Shown: in pieces, positions 10,109 through 20,790 of the stretch
Numbering within the stretch: position 1 is the first letter of the stretch
Layout of the letters: each line of letters opens with the position of its first letter
From: Trichodesmium erythraeum IMS101
Lineage (GTDB): Bacteria > Cyanobacteriota > Cyanobacteriia > Cyanobacteriales > Microcoleaceae
Reading direction: 5' to 3'
Length of the DNA stretch: 32,000 nucleotides
Assembly (NCBI RefSeq): GCF_000014265.1
Contig: NC_008312.1
Span: 6,960,001-6,992,000, forward strand
Notes under the pieces: generated by a model
The model's input: only the letters and a program-made list of their open reading frames with translations
Databases searched by the model: none
What the model was told of the DNA's origin: nothing
Program-made: the position numbers and the translations under genes

Positions 10109-11117
10109 ATTAAATTTACTGCTCTAGTTGGCAAACTCAGCTAGTGGTGGCACATTACAATTGTAATTATTTTGATTTAAAGTATAATAGTAGTACCTTG
10201 CTCTCTGGAAGTAATATTATCATTCAAGATATTAAAAATACTGGATAATTATAACTTATATTCTACACTTCAAAATCTAGTAGAAAAATATTGCAAGAAA
10301 GCGATCGCGATAAATTAAATATTAACACTGAAAGTCAAGAAAAATTGGCACTACTAGGGTACATTAGAAAAAACAGTAGGCAAGTGGCTAATAAAAATCC
10401 CTCAAAGCAAAAATTTCATGGAAAAATTGAGTCTTGGAAGAAAAAACCTATCTATTAAAAATTTTCAAGTGCGAGAAAAACTCCGTAGGTACCCCCTTAA
10501 TAAGAAGATAATAATCCTGAGAATATAGGGGAAAAAACTTAAGTAAATGTAATCGTTTATTAGTTAACAGAACTTACCCACGCGAAACTATATATAGTGG
10601 ATAAAAAAATCGTCTATCTTCACTATAACTTCATGGGATACAGTACTCCGAGTGACAAAGCGATCGCTTCACTATCTTTATTCAAAAACACTTTAGTTAT
10701 TCCCCATTAAAAATTACTTCATTTTAATTGAAGGATGTTTCAATTCTGAGGCTAAACTCATCTTGATAAATACTTTTTCCTATTTTTACAGCAAATCTTT
10801 TTAATTAGTTAAAGTTAGTAGCAAAATTTCTACCACAAAACTCAGAAAGTATCTATTAGCTAAATTTTTAATTACTGTTAATGATCATGGAACTAATGCT
10901 AGTTCCCTTGAGCAAAAAATTTTCAGCTTTCCTATCTTGGCCCTCATATACTTTATGTTAACCAACTTTAAACTCACATATTCGTAAACCTTGCAGTTTG
11001 CGCGCGACTTTCTCGTTTGAAATTACCCACTCCTCTTACTACCCTCCCTCCGAGGGAATGGGGGTAGCTTACCCTTTCTCTTACCTAGGGAGGTTGCATA
11101 AAAGCGTCCGTACAAAG

Positions 11118-11221
11118 TATAGCAGTCGAAGTATAGGACTATAGGTAAGAAAGAAGTAAAAGTAATCTCTGACTGAATTTTCAGATTTCGCAATATCCTA
11201 ATCTTTGTTTCGACTGCTATA
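11118..11221. repeat. 13-bp perfect inverted repeat (tatagcagtcgaa / ttcgactgctata) flanking 78 bp; possible MITE or long hairpin
   Basis: The arms at 11118-11130 and 11209-11221 are exact reverse complements. Confidence 0.4.
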
Positions 11222-11515
11222 AAGAAATTTTCATAAGCAATGCAAGCAACGACTCTCTAGTGAGAGACTCACAACATTCTAACTGTTGAAAAGATGTGTT
11301 TAAAATTTTCTTTTATTGACAACTACTTCAATTCAAGAAGATCAACTCAAATTCAAATTCCAGACTATATTGTGCCATTATCAATTGATATAGAGCATTA
11401 AGAATTATATTCTCTTCAGAAGAAAAGTGGTTTTTCCAATCTCCGACTATTCCGTTCTGAAAAAACTATGATTATTTACATAAATCTATTATTTTCTTGG
11501 TTATATCAGTTCTAT

Positions 11516-12108
11516 TCAGTGCTTCACCCAGCCAACGTCAGCGTTATCCAGCTCCCCTGGCACACCCTTAGTAACTGAACTCCATTAGCTAAATTTAACC
11601 CTGCATTCAAGTCTAGCTCACGACCTTTAATTACAGTGTTCGCAATTTTAAAACTTTATGTAAGATTTAGCACCTGGAAATACTTTACCAGTAGATAACG
11701 TAGCCAATTATTTTACACCTAAATTAACACTAACTACATCCACTGACTTCTCAGTATTTTGAGTTATAGTTTCTACTTTAAAGCTGACAAACTATTTATT
11801 AGCTTTTCTGCTAATAGTTACAGAATTGGGATTAATATTATCAGGTAAGATTTCATAAGCTTTCACTTTCACCCATCCAATTTGAGGTAATTTTTATGAC
11901 CCACTCCCATCTCCTCCTGAGAAGGACTGGGGGTAGGCATGGAACCATCAAGGGTGAAACTATCATCTCTACCTTTTTTCTGAAATTTAGGCACTTCCGA
12001 CACTTTAGTGAATCTTCGTTTCCAAGCAACTGAAACAATACCTCAAACGATATTACAAAGATGTTCAGTGAAACCTCGTAGTACCAAAAGTTTTTTCGGT
12101 TTAACCAT
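11516..12108 (-). pseudogene. tnpB: TnpB (IS200/IS605-family OrfB, RNA-guided nuclease lineage) relic with an internal deletion, stops and a small insertion
   Basis: Minus-strand translation fragments are ...VAWKRRFTKVSEVPKFQKKGRDDSFTLDGS..., ...VTISRKANK*FVSFKVE...TEKSVDVVSVNLGVK*LATLSTGKVFPGAKSY... and a C-terminal ...ELDLNAGLNLAN... / ...GELDNADVGWVKH*. The order and wording match TnpB (PKFKKKG..SF; ISRKADRWFVSF; GVDLGVK.LATLS.G; DRDLNAAINL). The central RuvC/zinc-finger part is missing. Confidence 0.65.
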
Positions 12109-12238
12109 TGCTACTAAAAGTTTATGCAGGTCAATTGTAATCAGAAATTTGATTTTGCTCTCAGGTATACCCTAGTTATGATTCAATATCGGGTTAAATA
12201 TAATCCCCATCCCCAGCTTCCTTACATGACCTGCTACA

Positions 12239-12252
12239 CCCGCGTACGCGGG
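12239..12252. other. Perfect 14-nt palindrome CCCGCGTACGCGGG, candidate subterminal hairpin of the IS605-type element
   Basis: The palindrome is read directly. It lies about 130 nt upstream (minus-strand sense) of the TnpB relic, where an IS200/IS605 left-end hairpin would be expected. Confidence 0.35.
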
Positions 12253-12388
12253 CTAAGTTTCGTTTTTCGCTGGTTATTTGGGTGCAGTTCAGTTTTCAAT
12301 TCAAGCAGCACAAATAAAGATAATTACATCTGATTATAGATTATACCAGATTATAGCCAACAGCTTATGTACCCTAATGCCAGTATGG

Positions 12389-13714
12389 CTACCACTGAGC
12401 TGTCTGATTTTGGAATTCAGCAATTTCTTTATTTAAGATGTCTAATGCTTTTGCGTATTGAGGATCTGCTTCTATAGTACCTATTTTGTCACGATTTTTT
12501 TGCAAAGTTTCTTTTTGTTTTTCACTCAGGGGTATTTTTACATCTGGTTGAATTCCCAATTTGTTAATATCGCGACCATTAGGGGTAAAGTATTTAGCGA
12601 TCGTCACCGCTATCCCTGCACCCTTACCAACACTACGCACTGACTGCACTAACCCTTTACCAAAAGTCTTTGTCCCGACTAATGTCGCTCGCTTGTTATC
12701 TTGCAGTGCACCAGAAAGAATCTCACTGGCACTTGCAGACCCCCCATCTACCATAACCACCAAAGGCTTATCTGTCAAAGACCTATTATTAGCCTTTTGG
12801 CGATCAGTGACACCATTGCGGTCTACCGTGGAAACAATATCTCCCCGCTTTAGCCACATCCTAGCAATTTCTATGCTAGCATATAGCAATCCACCAGGAT
12901 TAGAACGTAAATCCAGAATATAACCTGATACCTTCTGAGTTTCCAAATTACCTATTGCCTCTCGCATCTCACCAGCAGCATTCGCACTAAATTGGCTTAA
13001 GCGAATATAACCAACTTTGCCTAAAGAATTGTAACTCTCTTTCTGAGAATACTTAACAGGATGAATTTCAATTTTTGCCCGAACAATAGGAAACTCTATT
13101 TCCAGATTTTCTCGTTTAATAGTTAAAATTACTTGACTACCAATTGGACCGCGAATCAGACTTACCGCCTCATTAATATTCATTCCCTTAGTGCTTTGAC
13201 CGTCAATTTTGCTAATAATATCCTTAGCTTGAATACCTGCATCAAAAGCTGGAGTATCTTCTATTGGTGAAATAACTACCAATTTTTTTGAATCTGGGTC
13301 TTGGGTTAGCTGAATACCTACACCTGTTAGTTCCCCAGAAGTATCTATTTGCATATTTTTAAACTCTTCGGGATCCATAAAGCGGGTGTAAGGATCGTCT
13401 AACTTTTTTAGCATTTCCTTAATCGCATCATAAGCTTGTTCTTCACTGGTATATGTTTTATCAAGATACTCGTTGCGAGTTGCTTTCCAGTCTACTTGAT
13501 TGAAAGTACCATCTACATAAGTTTTATCAATAATTTGCCAAACTTCGTCGATTAATTCTTTCGGAGCATTATTACTTAATGATGCTTGAGAGGAAAGATG
13601 AATACCAGCGCCAATTACAGTGACGCCTGTTAACATTAATGCTGTTACACCAAGGATAAGTCCACGTTTTGCTATAACCATTTTGTTTGTTGAATGTTGA
13701 ATGAATTTAAACAA
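12389..13714 (-). CDS. Carboxyl-terminal processing protease (S41 family, CtpA/B/C type)
   Basis: 441 aa with an N-terminal anchor, a PDZ region (GVGIQL...VISPIEDTPAFDAGIQAKDIISKIDGQS), and the S41 catalytic region (GYILDLRSNPGGLL...VVMVDGGSASASEILSGALQDNKRATLVGTKTFGKG). Confidence 0.9.
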   Translation of the reverse strand: MFKFIQHSTNKMVIAKRGLILGVTALMLTGVTVIGAGIHLSSQASLSNNAPKELIDEVWQIIDKTYVDGTFNQVDWKATRNEYLDKTYTSEEQAYDAIKEMLKKLDDPYTRFMDPEEFKNMQIDTSGELTGVGIQLTQDPDSKKLVVISPIEDTPAFDAGIQAKDIISKIDGQSTKGMNINEAVSLIRGPIGSQVILTIKRENLEIEFPIVRAKIEIHPVKYSQKESYNSLGKVGYIRLSQFSANAAGEMREAIGNLETQKVSGYILDLRSNPGGLLYASIEIARMWLKRGDIVSTVDRNGVTDRQKANNRSLTDKPLVVMVDGGSASASEILSGALQDNKRATLVGTKTFGKGLVQSVRSVGKGAGIAVTIAKYFTPNGRDINKLGIQPDVKIPLSEKQKETLQKNRDKIGTIEADPQYAKALDILNKEIAEFQNQTAQW

Positions 13715-14694
13715 TAATTACTACATCTAGGCTAAACCTAATTTAGCATATGTAACTATTGCCTAGAAGCACTTCTCTTTGCTAGGTTTATAGTCAAACT
13801 TCTTGACTAATAATTTATACTTTTAAAAAATATATTGAGTTTTAGTTAACTCCAGAGTAACATTGAATATCTAAACAGGTATTAAATCTACTTAATTGCT
13901 GCTAATTCATATTACACAAGCATCACAAATTATGGAGTGAGGCTCAAGAGTAATTTCAGCTAACTTTTATTCCTCTATCCGATTTTTACCTAAGTCCTAA
14001 GATTTATTTTTTTTACTATCCTGATTACCTAAATTTAGTTGTTCTCAACTTTTTTTAAGACCTCTAAAACTACTATTTATTTGCAAAATTTATAGAATAT
14101 TCCTCACTATGAATATTAATTACAAGCTTTTATCGTACTCAATCACACTAATAAATTGTCATTTTATATATATCCAAACCAACTAATTTAGATTCCGGAT
14201 AAGTGATATAATGAAATTTTGAGTTTACAGGAGTTTTCAGCTAAATAAGCTACATAAAAAAAACGATAAGTCACTGTGGTAAATTGTATGCAACCTCAAG
14301 CTATTTGTGTTTTTTTTATCACTAATAACCATAATTTATTATATTCCATATTTTATAGGATAAAAATACTACAAGAGTTATTTTATGTTTAGAAGCTATA
14401 TAACATCCTATTTTATTAAAAATAAAAGCATCATATTATAACAGAATAATCTATTTTTACCTATATATTTTCATAATTATTAAATATTATCAGGCCAGAC
14501 TTTGAATGGTTACTCTGAGATACTAAATTTTAACCTGTGTAATTTCGGTTAGATAATTACTGGCCATTAGTACTTCCAAATATGTTACGTTTTAGTAGGT
14601 TTAGTGGTAAACAGCAAAGATAATTAGTAAGTTTGGTGGTTTTAGGTTTGGTTAAACATTCGCCAGATAAGTTACCCTAACCGACTCCTCTTCA

Positions 14695-14728
14695 AAACCG
14701 TTCGTGAGACTTTAACCTCAAACAGCTC
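14695..14728 (-). ncRNA. Group II intron domain V (34 nt)
   Basis: The minus strand reads GAGCUGUUU-GAGGU-UAAA-GUCUC-AC-GAACGGUUU. This gives a 9-bp lower stem, an AC bulge, a 5-bp upper stem and a tetraloop (UAAA instead of GNRA), with the AGC triad at positions 2-4. Its translation (EELFEVKVSRTVL) is the familiar read-through artefact seen at the ends of intron ORF annotations. Confidence 0.7.
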
Positions 14729-14739
14729 CTCTCTTAGAC

Positions 14740-16515
14740 CTCCTTTGTCATAGGTACATCCTTTCTCTTCTAGTACTAAAATATCGTTTACCCATATATA
14801 TCCCTCAGGTAAATCCTGTAATTTTGCTTTTTGATATGTTTTACTATCTAAGGCTGTCTTAGTATCGTAGCAATGTCGGTCCAACAGTTATTTGTCTTTG
14901 TATGTATTGTCAACACCTTTAGATTTAGGTGTTATATGCTCTATTTCCATCAAGTCTGTTGGTTTGAATATAGCTACACATAATGCGCATCTGTTCTTTT
15001 ATCGTTTTAATCTTACCGTTACCTATTTCCTTATGCCTTGATATTTCCGATTCTATTGCTCCAATAAGTCCATTCGCCGTCATCAGGGGATTTGTTATCC
15101 TTTACCTTAACATACCTTGCAATAGTTACATCTGAGTGTAGGCTTAGTATATATCCTTTGTCATTTAATACCCAAACTCGGGTGTTAGAGATAGAGGGTA
15201 AGTACTTTTCTGTCACCCATTTGGCTAACTTATTTGGATGCCTTCTATTTGTCCATCGACCTAATCTTTTCCAAAGAATATTATCTAATTTATGGAATAC
15301 TTCTTTGCTGACTTGGGCACAGAAGTAGTTATCATATTATTACCGAATTTAGTTTGACTATTAGAGCTTTTACTAGAACAGTTTTATGTGTATTACATAT
15401 TTCTGCCAATTTCCGATAATGAATTTTTATACTCTAATTAGATGGTTTTATCAGTATCTTAAATCCTTGTTTGATTTACTTAACTTTCTATTACCTCATA
15501 ATGAATACTAGGAAGTAAAATCCGAATCCGGGTTTATTTCCTTCATATTCCTCCAAAGTATGGGTAATTCTAGTTTTTTCTGGTTTTAGTTCTAATTCTA
15601 TCTGGGTTAACCATTCCTGCATTACGGCTTTTGCTTGTAAAACTACTTTGAGGTCTTTGTTTAGGATAACAAAGTCATCAGCATAGCGAATGAAGGATAG
15701 TGCTTTTTTATTCTCTAGCTTTCTTCCTGAAAAGGATTCGGCAAACTTATTTAAGCATTCTTCCATCCCGTGTAGGGCGATGTTTGCACTTTAGAAAAAT
15801 TACATCTCCCTGTGGTTTACCTTCCACAGTGTTTGAGAACTTTGTACTATCGAATACCTCAGATTTTAACCATTATTTGATTAATTTCCTGTAGGGTTTT
15901 TGACCTATTTTTCTCAACAGTGCATCATCGTTAATTTGGTCAAAAAATTTAGATATATCAGCATCAAGCACATATTTAGTTTTTTATTAATGCTTAGGTA
16001 TATTGCTGAAGTAGCATCATGTGTTGATCTCCAGAAAAGACTATAGCTATTAGGTTCAAAAATTACCTCCGACTAGCTGTGACCTAACTAATTTAACCAG
16101 TGTTTGAAGTACCAGACCATACATTGTTGGGATGCCTAATGGGCGTTTTTCTTCTCATCCTGGTTTTGCTGTCGGTGACTCTGCGGGTAGGGCTTGCTTT
16201 CAGAAAATCCGTTTTTAGGATATCTACCAAGTTAAATCTTTCCATGGGTGGCAAATTCTTGATTCCATTAATTCCAGCAGTTTTCTTACATTGGTTGTCT
16301 TGGGTCACACCTCTAACAGTTAGCAACCTTGTGTACTAACTTTTGCTCAGAAGTTTTTGGTAATTACCCACTCTGGGAATATTGCCACAGCTGGATCCTC
16401 TGTAAATTAACTTTTACAACTTAAAAACATATTTTTCTACCCTCTTCAAGTTAATGTCTCTCCATTTAATATTTGGGTTAACACTAGCTTGACTGGATAT
16501 ATCATAAGTATCAAA
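14740..16515 (-). pseudogene. Group II intron-encoded reverse transcriptase/maturase/HNH protein, heavily decayed
   Basis: Minus-strand fragments, in order: IKWRDINLKRVEKYVFKL*KLIY...; LLTVRGVTQDNQCKKTAGINGIK (RT0/1); PTRRVTDSK... (RT2, degraded); ALSFIRYADDFVIL (RT5 YADD); PEKTRITH...PGFGFYFLVF (RT7); CAQVSKEVFHKLDNILWKRLGRWTNRRHPNK (maturase X); KVKDNKSPDDGEWTYWSNR; and ALCVAIF..DLMEIEHITPKSKG...LLDRHCYDTKT (HNH). There are multiple in-frame stops and frameshifts, and about 100 codons are missing between RT7 and X (15330-15490 is unrecognisable AT-rich sequence). Confidence 0.85.
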
Positions 16516-17464
16516 TACTACACTTAGAAAGAGTTTTGTGTTATTCAATTTTATTTTAAATTTTTAGCTTTATTCATTCCTAATAGTTACCATTAATTAC
16601 TTCTAACAGTGGGTACCTTAGCATTACTGCTTTTTACCCAATTCTATTCCTTCTAAAACCTACAACCATTGTGTAGTTTTACCAAGAGTGCACCTTTGTT
16701 CTCCACCAATATTCTTAGCTATCAAGATAGGGGTTTTCTCATTCTCTTATTCCTTTTTTATGACTGACGAATATGGGGTAAAATCCCCTGGAGGTTTCGT
16801 ATTTGTTGTTGATAATCTCTATCACATAAGATTATCCATTGCCCCTCTGATTTTCGTCCTACATCCCATAGCTACCTTTGAGATGGTTGTGCAGAATAAG
16901 TGTTTAATTACCTTCCTGTTCGTCCACTTGTCAGTCTCTCCTAGAAGTCTCACTCATTTAGTAGTTAGAGCTTTGACCCCATTTAGACCAGCTTCGGGGA
17001 TTGATATTTAGCTTCTACCCCGTGGCCTACCCTGTCAACCTAACAACAAGGTGATAGGAATTCCACCCATAAGGTAATAAGAGTTATTTTCAACTCGAGG
17101 TTGTCCTCATGTATTGACTTCGAACGGTCATTTATATCTTAATTAAAGGCTTAGTGGCCAACGATTCTCACATACTATAGAGCAAAGGTAGAAAATGATT
17201 GAAGTAAAAAGTTATCCAAATTTAACGAGCCAAAATCAATGAATTTGGTAGTTAAGATGTTCAGGACTTACCCAAAAGGCGCTACATGAGAGTGAGAGCG
17301 AATCCTAGAAATACCTAGAAATAGCATTTTCCAGGTTAATTTGTGGTGAGTCTCGCCCATGTTGCTCAATTTGTAAAATTTTCACCCCTTAACCTGACAC
17401 CTCAGAGCTGAAACATTCATCAACAATTAATTTTATTTTGGCAAGAGCATCAGATAATTAGTTT

Positions 17465-17489
17465 AGGAGTGTAGTAAAAATACACTCCT
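17465..17489 (-). terminator. Hairpin just downstream of the ispG stop (9-bp perfect stem aggagtgta/tacactcct, 7-nt loop); no clear U-tract
   Basis: The inverted repeat is read directly and lies 24 nt beyond the stop codon. The weak T-run makes terminator function uncertain. Confidence 0.35.
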
Positions 17490-17512
17490 AGCACAAACAG
17501 ATTGATTAGAAA

Positions 17513-18733
17513 CTACGGTTCAACCCAACGCCCATCAGCTTTAATTAAATTAATCAATTCTTCAACTCCTTGAGATTCGTGGACTTTCTTAATTTCTTCC
17601 CGCCCACGATATAACGAGATATAGCCAGATTGCTTGCCTACATAACCATAATCTGCATCAGCCATTTCTCCTGGACCATTAACAATACAACCCATGACAG
17701 CAATATCCAATCCTGTTAGATGTTTTGTTGCTTCCCGCACTTCATGAAGAACATTTTCCAGATTAAATAAGGTTCGGCCACAGGAGGGACAAGCTACATA
17801 TTCTACCATTGTTTTTCGCAGACCCAAGGCTTGCAAAATACTGTAACAAACTGGAATCTCTTTTTCGGGTGCTTCAGTTAAAGATACGCGAATTGTATCC
17901 CCTATTCCTTCTGCTAACAGTGTGCCAATACCAGCAGTAGACTTAACTCGACCATAATCTCCATCCCCCGCTTCTGTCACACCCAAATGTAGGGGGTAGG
18001 GCATACCTAGTTCATCCATCCGCTTCACCATTAATCGATAAGCAGCTAGCATTACCGGCACCCGTGAAGCTTTCAGAGAAATTACCAAATTGTAGTATTT
18101 TAAAGATTCACAAATTTTGATAAATTCTAAGGCAGACTCTACCATACCTTCTGGGGTGTCCCCATAAGTAAACAGCATCCTTTCAGAAAGGGAGCCATGA
18201 TTAACTCCAATGCGCATAGCTTTGTTTTGGTCTCTGAGAGAGACTACTAAGGGCTTTAGAGTTTGGCGAATTTTATCACCTATTTCTTCAAATTCTGCCT
18301 GAGTATATTCGTTTCTCTCAGCTTGTGGCTTTTCAAATACATATAAACCAGGATTAATTCGCACTTTATCAACCTGTTTGGCCACTTCTAAAGCAATTTT
18401 CATGCCGTTATGATGAACGTCGGCAACCAGTGGGACAGGTTTGTAGGTTTCTGCTAATTTTTGCTTGATTTCTCCTAGAGATTTAGCATGGGCTATACTA
18501 GGGACAGTGACACGAACAATTTCGCAACCTATTTCATGTAAACGCCGAATAGCAGCTACGGATCTCTCAATGTCAAGAGTATCTTCGTTGATCATTGACT
18601 GAACTACAACTGGATGGCCACCACCGATGGTTATATCACCCACTTTGACAGAACGAGTTTTTCGCCGATGGATAGTAGTGTCAAATACAGCTTGGTTTAT
18701 TGGGGTTTTGCTTGGGTTTGCTAGGGTTTGCAT
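17513..18733 (-). CDS. ispG: 4-hydroxy-3-methylbut-2-en-1-yl diphosphate synthase (ferredoxin), MEP pathway
   Basis: 406 aa with [43 protein letters not shown] and the C-terminal 4Fe-4S ligand region ACPSCGRT...[20 protein letters not shown]. This is the classic GcpE/IspG signature. Confidence 0.95.
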   Translation of the reverse strand: MQTLANPSKTPINQAVFDTTIHRRKTRSVKVGDITIGGGHPVVVQSMINEDTLDIERSVAAIRRLHEIGCEIVRVTVPSIAHAKSLGEIKQKLAETYKPVPLVADVHHNGMKIALEVAKQVDKVRINPGLYVFEKPQAERNEYTQAEFEEIGDKIRQTLKPLVVSLRDQNKAMRIGVNHGSLSERMLFTYGDTPEGMVESALEFIKICESLKYYNLVISLKASRVPVMLAAYRLMVKRMDELGMPYPLHLGVTEAGDGDYGRVKSTAGIGTLLAEGIGDTIRVSLTEAPEKEIPVCYSILQALGLRKTMVEYVACPSCGRTLFNLENVLHEVREATKHLTGLDIAVMGCIVNGPGEMADADYGYVGKQSGYISLYRGREEIKKVHESQGVEELINLIKADGRWVEP

Positions 18734-19254
18734 AATATAATATCTTTGTTTTTCTCTAGCGAACGGTTTAGTAGTTTATTATTTTCCTATATTTCAGGTT
18801 GACATATAACTGCTGAATTTGATCTTTATAATTTGGATAACTGTAGCGATCGCTTACATATTATCTACATAGTTGTTAAAAATGTAATTGATGTCATGCT
18901 ATAATTATAAGCTATTTGATTTGAGTTTTGGGTTTTCTATTTCTACTTTCTAAGCTTCTGATCTCCATATTTCCTTAGGTTTAAGTTGAAATTTCTCCCT
19001 ATCGTAGATGAGGAATACCATGACGATTATAACCCATTAGCTGATCGTAAAAACATTTGTAGCCCTACGCGCAAGTCATGCAATAGTCGGTTACGTCATT
19101 TAGATTGCCTTAAAATACCAAGTCTGTCATACCAATTTAAAAATGTAAAAAAAATAATGTTACAAATAGTTTCTAACTTTAACTATTAATTCATCACATT
19201 CATTGCATTGAGGTCAAAAATAATTTCTTCTTTGTCGTTATTAGACACGCCAAA

Positions 19255-19544
19255 ATTATCAAAGAAAAAATAAGTTTAAATACAAGTTTTTTTAGTATAA
19301 CTAAATTTATAAATATTGTCAAAATCTAGACTTTTTTGCTCTTCAAAATAGAAATAGTGATTAAAGCATTAGAGCATATTTTTAGACTTTAAAACATTAA
19401 TTATCAAAGAAAAAATAAGTTTAAATTCAATTTTTTTTAGTATAACTAAATTTATAAATATTGTAAAAATTCAGACTTTGTTGCTCTTCAAAATAGAAAT
19501 AGTAATTAAAATATTAGAGCATATTTTTCAGCTTTAAAACATTT
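19255..19544. repeat. Tandem duplication, 2 x 145 bp, about 90% identical, AT-rich
   Basis: attatcaaagaaaaaataagtttaaat starts at 19255 and again at 19400. The copies end with ...tttaaaacatt at 19399 and 19544. Confidence 0.9.
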
Positions 19545-19709
19545 TCAATTATGGGGATTAGAACCTAATAATATTTTGTATCTATCTAAATCTAATTCTA
19601 TAAATGCCTAATTTCATTTGAAGTAAGCTGACTATTGTTAATAGATAGATATCAAATATTTTTAGATAGCAAAAACAACAGTTTATTGCCAGCAATAAAA
19701 TTATTACTA

Positions 19710-20601
19710 TTAACTAACTTCGGAATTTTTTTTATCATTATTACTCAAAAATTCTCCCATATATTGATTTACTAATTCAGGTTGTTCTTGTTGTACCCAA
19801 TGGCTACAGTTAGGAAGATAACGAATTTGCCAACTTTCCACATATTTTTCCGTACCATAAGTTAATTCTATCCCTAAAGCCGTATCATTTTTACCCCAAA
19901 TAATTAAAGTTTCAATTTGTAGCACTCCCCACTCTTGCTGATTTAAAAAGCAAAAAAAATATTACGATAATAATTAATCATTGAAGTTAAAGCACCTCGT
20001 TTAGCTGCAGCACCTTTATCTGCTTCTAAATCTGCCTCAGTAAAGGCAGATTTAGAAGCAGCCATCTTTTTAAATGTAAAAGCAATAGCGTGATAATCAT
20101 TAAATCTCCAGATAAATTCAGGTAAAAAAGGCAACTGGAAGAAAAATATATACCAACTTCTTAAAAGTTGTTTTGGAGTACCTAATCCTTCCATAAATTT
20201 TGCCGGATGAGGAATATTCATTACGATTAATTTTTCTACCATTTATGGATGTGCATAAGCAAAATACCAAGCTATTGCTCCCCCCCCCCATCATGTCCTA
20301 CTAAAATACAGTTTTTATAACCTAATTCTTTGATTACTTCTTCTATATCTTTGATCAACTTTGCCATAACATAACCAGACTTTTATTGAGGTTTATCGCT
20401 TTCATTATAGCCCCTCAAATCTAGAGCAACTACTTTATCATCTTGAGCAAATTCAGGTATTCGGTATCTCCAAGAATACCAAAATTCAGGGAATCCATAT
20501 AACATTAACATTAATGGGCCTGAGCCTTGAGAAACATAATGGAGATTAATACCATTTACTTGAATAAAATTGCTTGGAAAAAGATTCCCTTTGATTGACA
20601 T
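19710..20601 (-). pseudogene. Alpha/beta hydrolase (epoxide-hydrolase/haloalkane-dehalogenase-like), inactivated by at least 2 nonsense codons and 2 homopolymer frameshifts
   Basis: Three ORF fragments lie in order: ...LYGFPEFWYSWRYRIPEFAQDDKVVALDLRGYNESDKPQ*; KSGYVMAKLIKDIEEVIKELGYKNCILVGHD-(10-G run on the minus strand, i.e. 10 C on the plus strand at 20280-20289, causing a frameshift)-AIAWYFAYAHP*MVEKLIVMNIPHPAKF...MINYYRNIFF; then a frameshift in a T-run; then LNQQEWGVLQIETLIIWGKNDTALG...LPNCSHWVQQEQPELVNQYMGEFL. TAA replaces expected sense codons at two positions, and the oxyanion HG motif reads YG. Confidence 0.85.
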
Positions 20602-20790
20602 GAATATTTTCCAACAATTACTGTAATTTTAAATGCCTATGCTCACAGGAATAATCAATAAAAAATGGGAATATATTTTTTGATTTGTTGAACACCTTTA
20701 TATCTAGAGTAATTTATTAATCATTTTATTGTCTGTAATATAGGACTTTTTATCATTTTTTACCAATCAAATAATTATTACTTTATTTAA

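Larger units (their letters stand above)
14640..17171 (-). mobile_element. Degenerate group II intron, ~2.5 kb; both boundaries are approximate (+/- 50 nt)
   Basis: It contains a decayed RT/maturase/HNH ORF and a recognisable domain V. GTGAG (GUGYG-like) lies on the minus strand at 17171-17167, followed by structured-looking domain I sequence (GTGAGAATCGTTGGCCACTAAGCC...). The length is typical of ORF-containing bacterial group II introns. Confidence 0.7.

Noticed and set aside
12124-12333. 69-aa plus-strand ORF
   Set aside because: It is antisense to the upstream end of the TnpB relic and spans the palindromic end sequence. It has no motif.
12458-12923. Plus-strand ORFs of 61 and 120 aa
   Set aside because: They are antisense to the Ctp protease gene.
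15092-17011. Plus-strand ORFs 15092-15328, 15700-15894, 16100-16339 and 16688-17011
   Set aside because: All lie antisense to the group II intron and its RT relic, and none has a recognisable motif.
14640-17171. Diversity-generating retroelement, considered because an RT lies near many repeats
   Set aside because: The RT fragments carry a maturase X domain and an HNH domain and are followed by a group II domain V. I saw no template/variable repeat pair with adenine-specific differences. The differences between tandem copies elsewhere are not A-specific.
18986-19189. 67-aa ORF with a TTG start upstream of ispG
   Set aside because: It has no RBS, no motif and a non-ATG start in an AT-rich spacer, so it is not reported as a gene.
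20280-20289. Poly-C/G tract as a phase-variation switch for the hydrolase
   Set aside because: The gene carries at least three further independent lesions, so restoring the tract length would not restore an open frame.
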